DNA of 64,000 nucleotides from an uncultured Verrucomicrobiae bacterium (GTDB lineage Bacteria; Verrucomicrobiota; Verrucomicrobiia; Chthoniobacterales; JAATET01): NCBI GenBank assembly GCA_963719495.1, contig CAVRCI010000013.1, positions 157,888 to 221,887 of the forward strand, read 5' to 3'. Shown piece by piece: positions 63,301 to 64,000 of this stretch (position 1 is its first letter; each line of letters starts with the position of its first letter). The notes under the pieces were generated by a model. It saw only the letters and a program-made list of their open reading frames with translations, ran no database searches and was not told where the DNA came from. The position numbers and the translations under genes were made by a program.

Positions 63301-64000
63301 GTCCAGCGTCTGCACCCCGCACACCTGCATCCGCCGCCCGATCCGCCGCAGCACCGTCGCCCGTTTGTAGCCGCTGAACTCATGCCCCGTCTTCACCCGC
63401 AGATGCGCCAGCACATCCCGAAGCGCCGTCTCGTGATCCCGGTCGTCCGACGCCGCCCGCTTCGACTCCGCCACCGGCAGCGGCAACTTCACCCGCGCCG
63501 CGTTCGACCAATACTCCACCAGCCGCTCCGGCATCTCGCGCACCGGCAGCACCCAATCCACCATCCCCGTTTCGATCGCCGACCGCGGCATCCCATCCTG
63601 CTCCGCCTCCACCGGATCCTGCCCGATCGTCAACCCTCCGCGCTCCTTCACCCGCTTCAACCCATTCGCCCCATCCCCGTCCGACCCCGACAGCACGATC
63701 GCCGTCACGCGTTCCCCGTGCGTCTCGGCCAACGTTCGGAAAAAATGATCCACCACGTATCGGCGCTGACTCAGCTCGGCCCCTTCCATCAGCTGCAGGT
63801 GACCGTCCACCATCGACAGCCGCTTCCCCGGTGGAATCACGTAGACCCGGTCCGCCTCCACCCGCACCCTCCCCCGGATCTGCTCCACCGGCATCGTCGT
63901 CGACCGCTGCAGGATCTCCGCCAGGATGCTGTCGTGCTCCGGCGACAAATGCACCACCACGATGTAAGCGAAACCGCTCTCGGCCCCCGCGCACTCGAAA
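60343..64000 (-). CDS. CheB methylesterase / CheR methyltransferase / PAS / histidine kinase fusion protein, 5' end beyond window
   Basis: The frame stays open to nt 64000 (...FECAGAESGFAYIVVVHLSPEHDS, the CheB domain). CheR part: VWVPACATGEEAYSVAMLL...NLLIYL. Coiled coil: EELQAMNEELRSATEELETGREELQSINEELTTVNQEL. PAS modules follow. HisKA: FLAVLSHELRTPLTPI. HATPase_c: N, G1 and G2 boxes (NLIKNASKFS, VGDDGIGI, GGLGLGLAIA). Confidence 0.9.
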   Translation of the reverse strand, partial: FECAGAESGFAYIVVVHLSPEHDSILAEILQRSTTMPVEQIRGRVRVEADRVYVIPPGKRLSMVDGHLQLMEGAELSQRRYVVDHFFRTLAETHGERVTAIVLSGSDGDGANGLKRVKERGGLTIGQDPVEAEQDGMPRSAIETGMVDWVLPVREMPERLVEYWSNAARVKLPLPVAESKRAASDDRDHETALRDVLAHLRVKTGHEFSGYKRATVLRRIGRRMQVCGVQTLDDYLGFMRKHAGETGALLQDLLISVTNFFRDVGAFEALAADLPRLFEGKGPGDHVRVWVPACATGEEAYSVAMLLCEHAATLDAPPGIQVFATDLDEQAIETARAAMYLDTIQADVSEGRLKRFFVREHRGYRVKRELREVVLFALHDLLKDAPFSQLDLVSCRNLLIYLSRGSQERVFDVFHFALRGEGRLFLSISESAEEATALFAPLDKKHRLYRRLAISRTNLPVPTGAPTLSQMFERQSGGLPSRRDYEDRESAPASVVPDGMTDAKWADVHFQLIERLGPPSLLVDENYEILHMSKSVGRFLQFSSGEPTANLLRVVNEGLRAELRVALYQATKTGTSVDVAGVRMAVAGETRVVDIGVRPAQDLVAALLLVVFREREDGHPGGDTPGAALAASGESDLVSQLEEEVELVKRRLRESGENNEAQTEELKASNEELQAMNEELRSATEELETGREELQSINEELTTVNQELKSKVDELGRSNNDLQNLMASTDIATIFLDRELRIKRYTPSAVSIFRLIPGDLNRPLSDLTHRLDYADLSGDAAQVLERLTPVEREVRDADGRWFLARVLPYRTMEDRISGVVLTFIDLTGRRKAEEETRATAERLRLVIENARDYAIFTTDAERRITSWSAGAETILGYREAEVLGSPIDLIFTKEDCELGIPGREVEAARERGCASDERWHERKSGERFWASGSLMPMRRGDGHLIGFVKILRDRTEAREVGEALRRSREELLEAVVASEQARTEVEVAGKAKDHFLAVLSHELRTPLTPIVMAVETLSRRKDLPDDVREAFVMIKRNVRIEADFIDDLLDVTRIGNGKLEIRREPVDLAEATRSAIEISRPDIEAKDQRMTVEIEPTRGDYVGDSARLQQAIWNLIKNASKFSPSGGEIRIALRARASDVKIEVGDDGIGIEPAALESVFDPFTQGGAEVTKEYGGLGLGLAIAKATVEAHGGSVEAASAGVGKGATFTVMLPGGAAA

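Overview
GC-rich bacterial chromosomal window (about two-thirds G+C by eye, not computed). The G+C bias leaves long spurious ORFs open in most frames, so calls rest on recognisable motifs, start and stop context and gene spacing; no searches were run. PEP-CTERM proteins, a giant FHA-like exoprotein and dense small palindromic repeats suggest a Verrucomicrobiota (Opitutaceae-like) genome; this is inference only. Housekeeping genes: an E1alpha/E1beta/E2 2-oxoacid dehydrogenase operon, leuC and leuD, glmS, glgC, lpdA, lgt, one tRNA-Met(CAU), a NUDIX hydrolase, DoxX, PdeM and a MalK/UgpC-type ABC ATPase. The main feature is a minus-strand gene train of roughly 22-28 kb (about 16.9-44.6 kb). In it a two-partner-secretion pair, TpsB (Omp85/ShlB type) and a 3,947-aa TpsA, is separated by tightly packed genes for a DUF2341/LamG-ExbB fusion, ExbD, TonB, a porin-like beta-barrel with a TonB-box-like motif, a coiled-coil protein and a parvulin PPIase. 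A Sel1-repeat protein follows. A TamB-like protein, a PEP-CTERM protein and a PstS-like binding protein lie upstream. I do not know this TPS-plus-TonB-motor arrangement as a described system, and it is the top candidate. A second unusual module is a triad of two substrate-binding-fold/OmpA fusions flanking a membrane-anchored vWA protein (3.4-7.8 kb). The intergenic DNA holds several families of MITE/REP-like palindromic elements and GATT-core heptanucleotide arrays, often as inverted pairs abutting or overlapping stop and start codons. A roughly 650-bp non-coding gap contains a perfect 40-bp palindrome with a TGTGA-N6-TCACA core. No rRNA, CRISPR array, transposase or integrase was seen.
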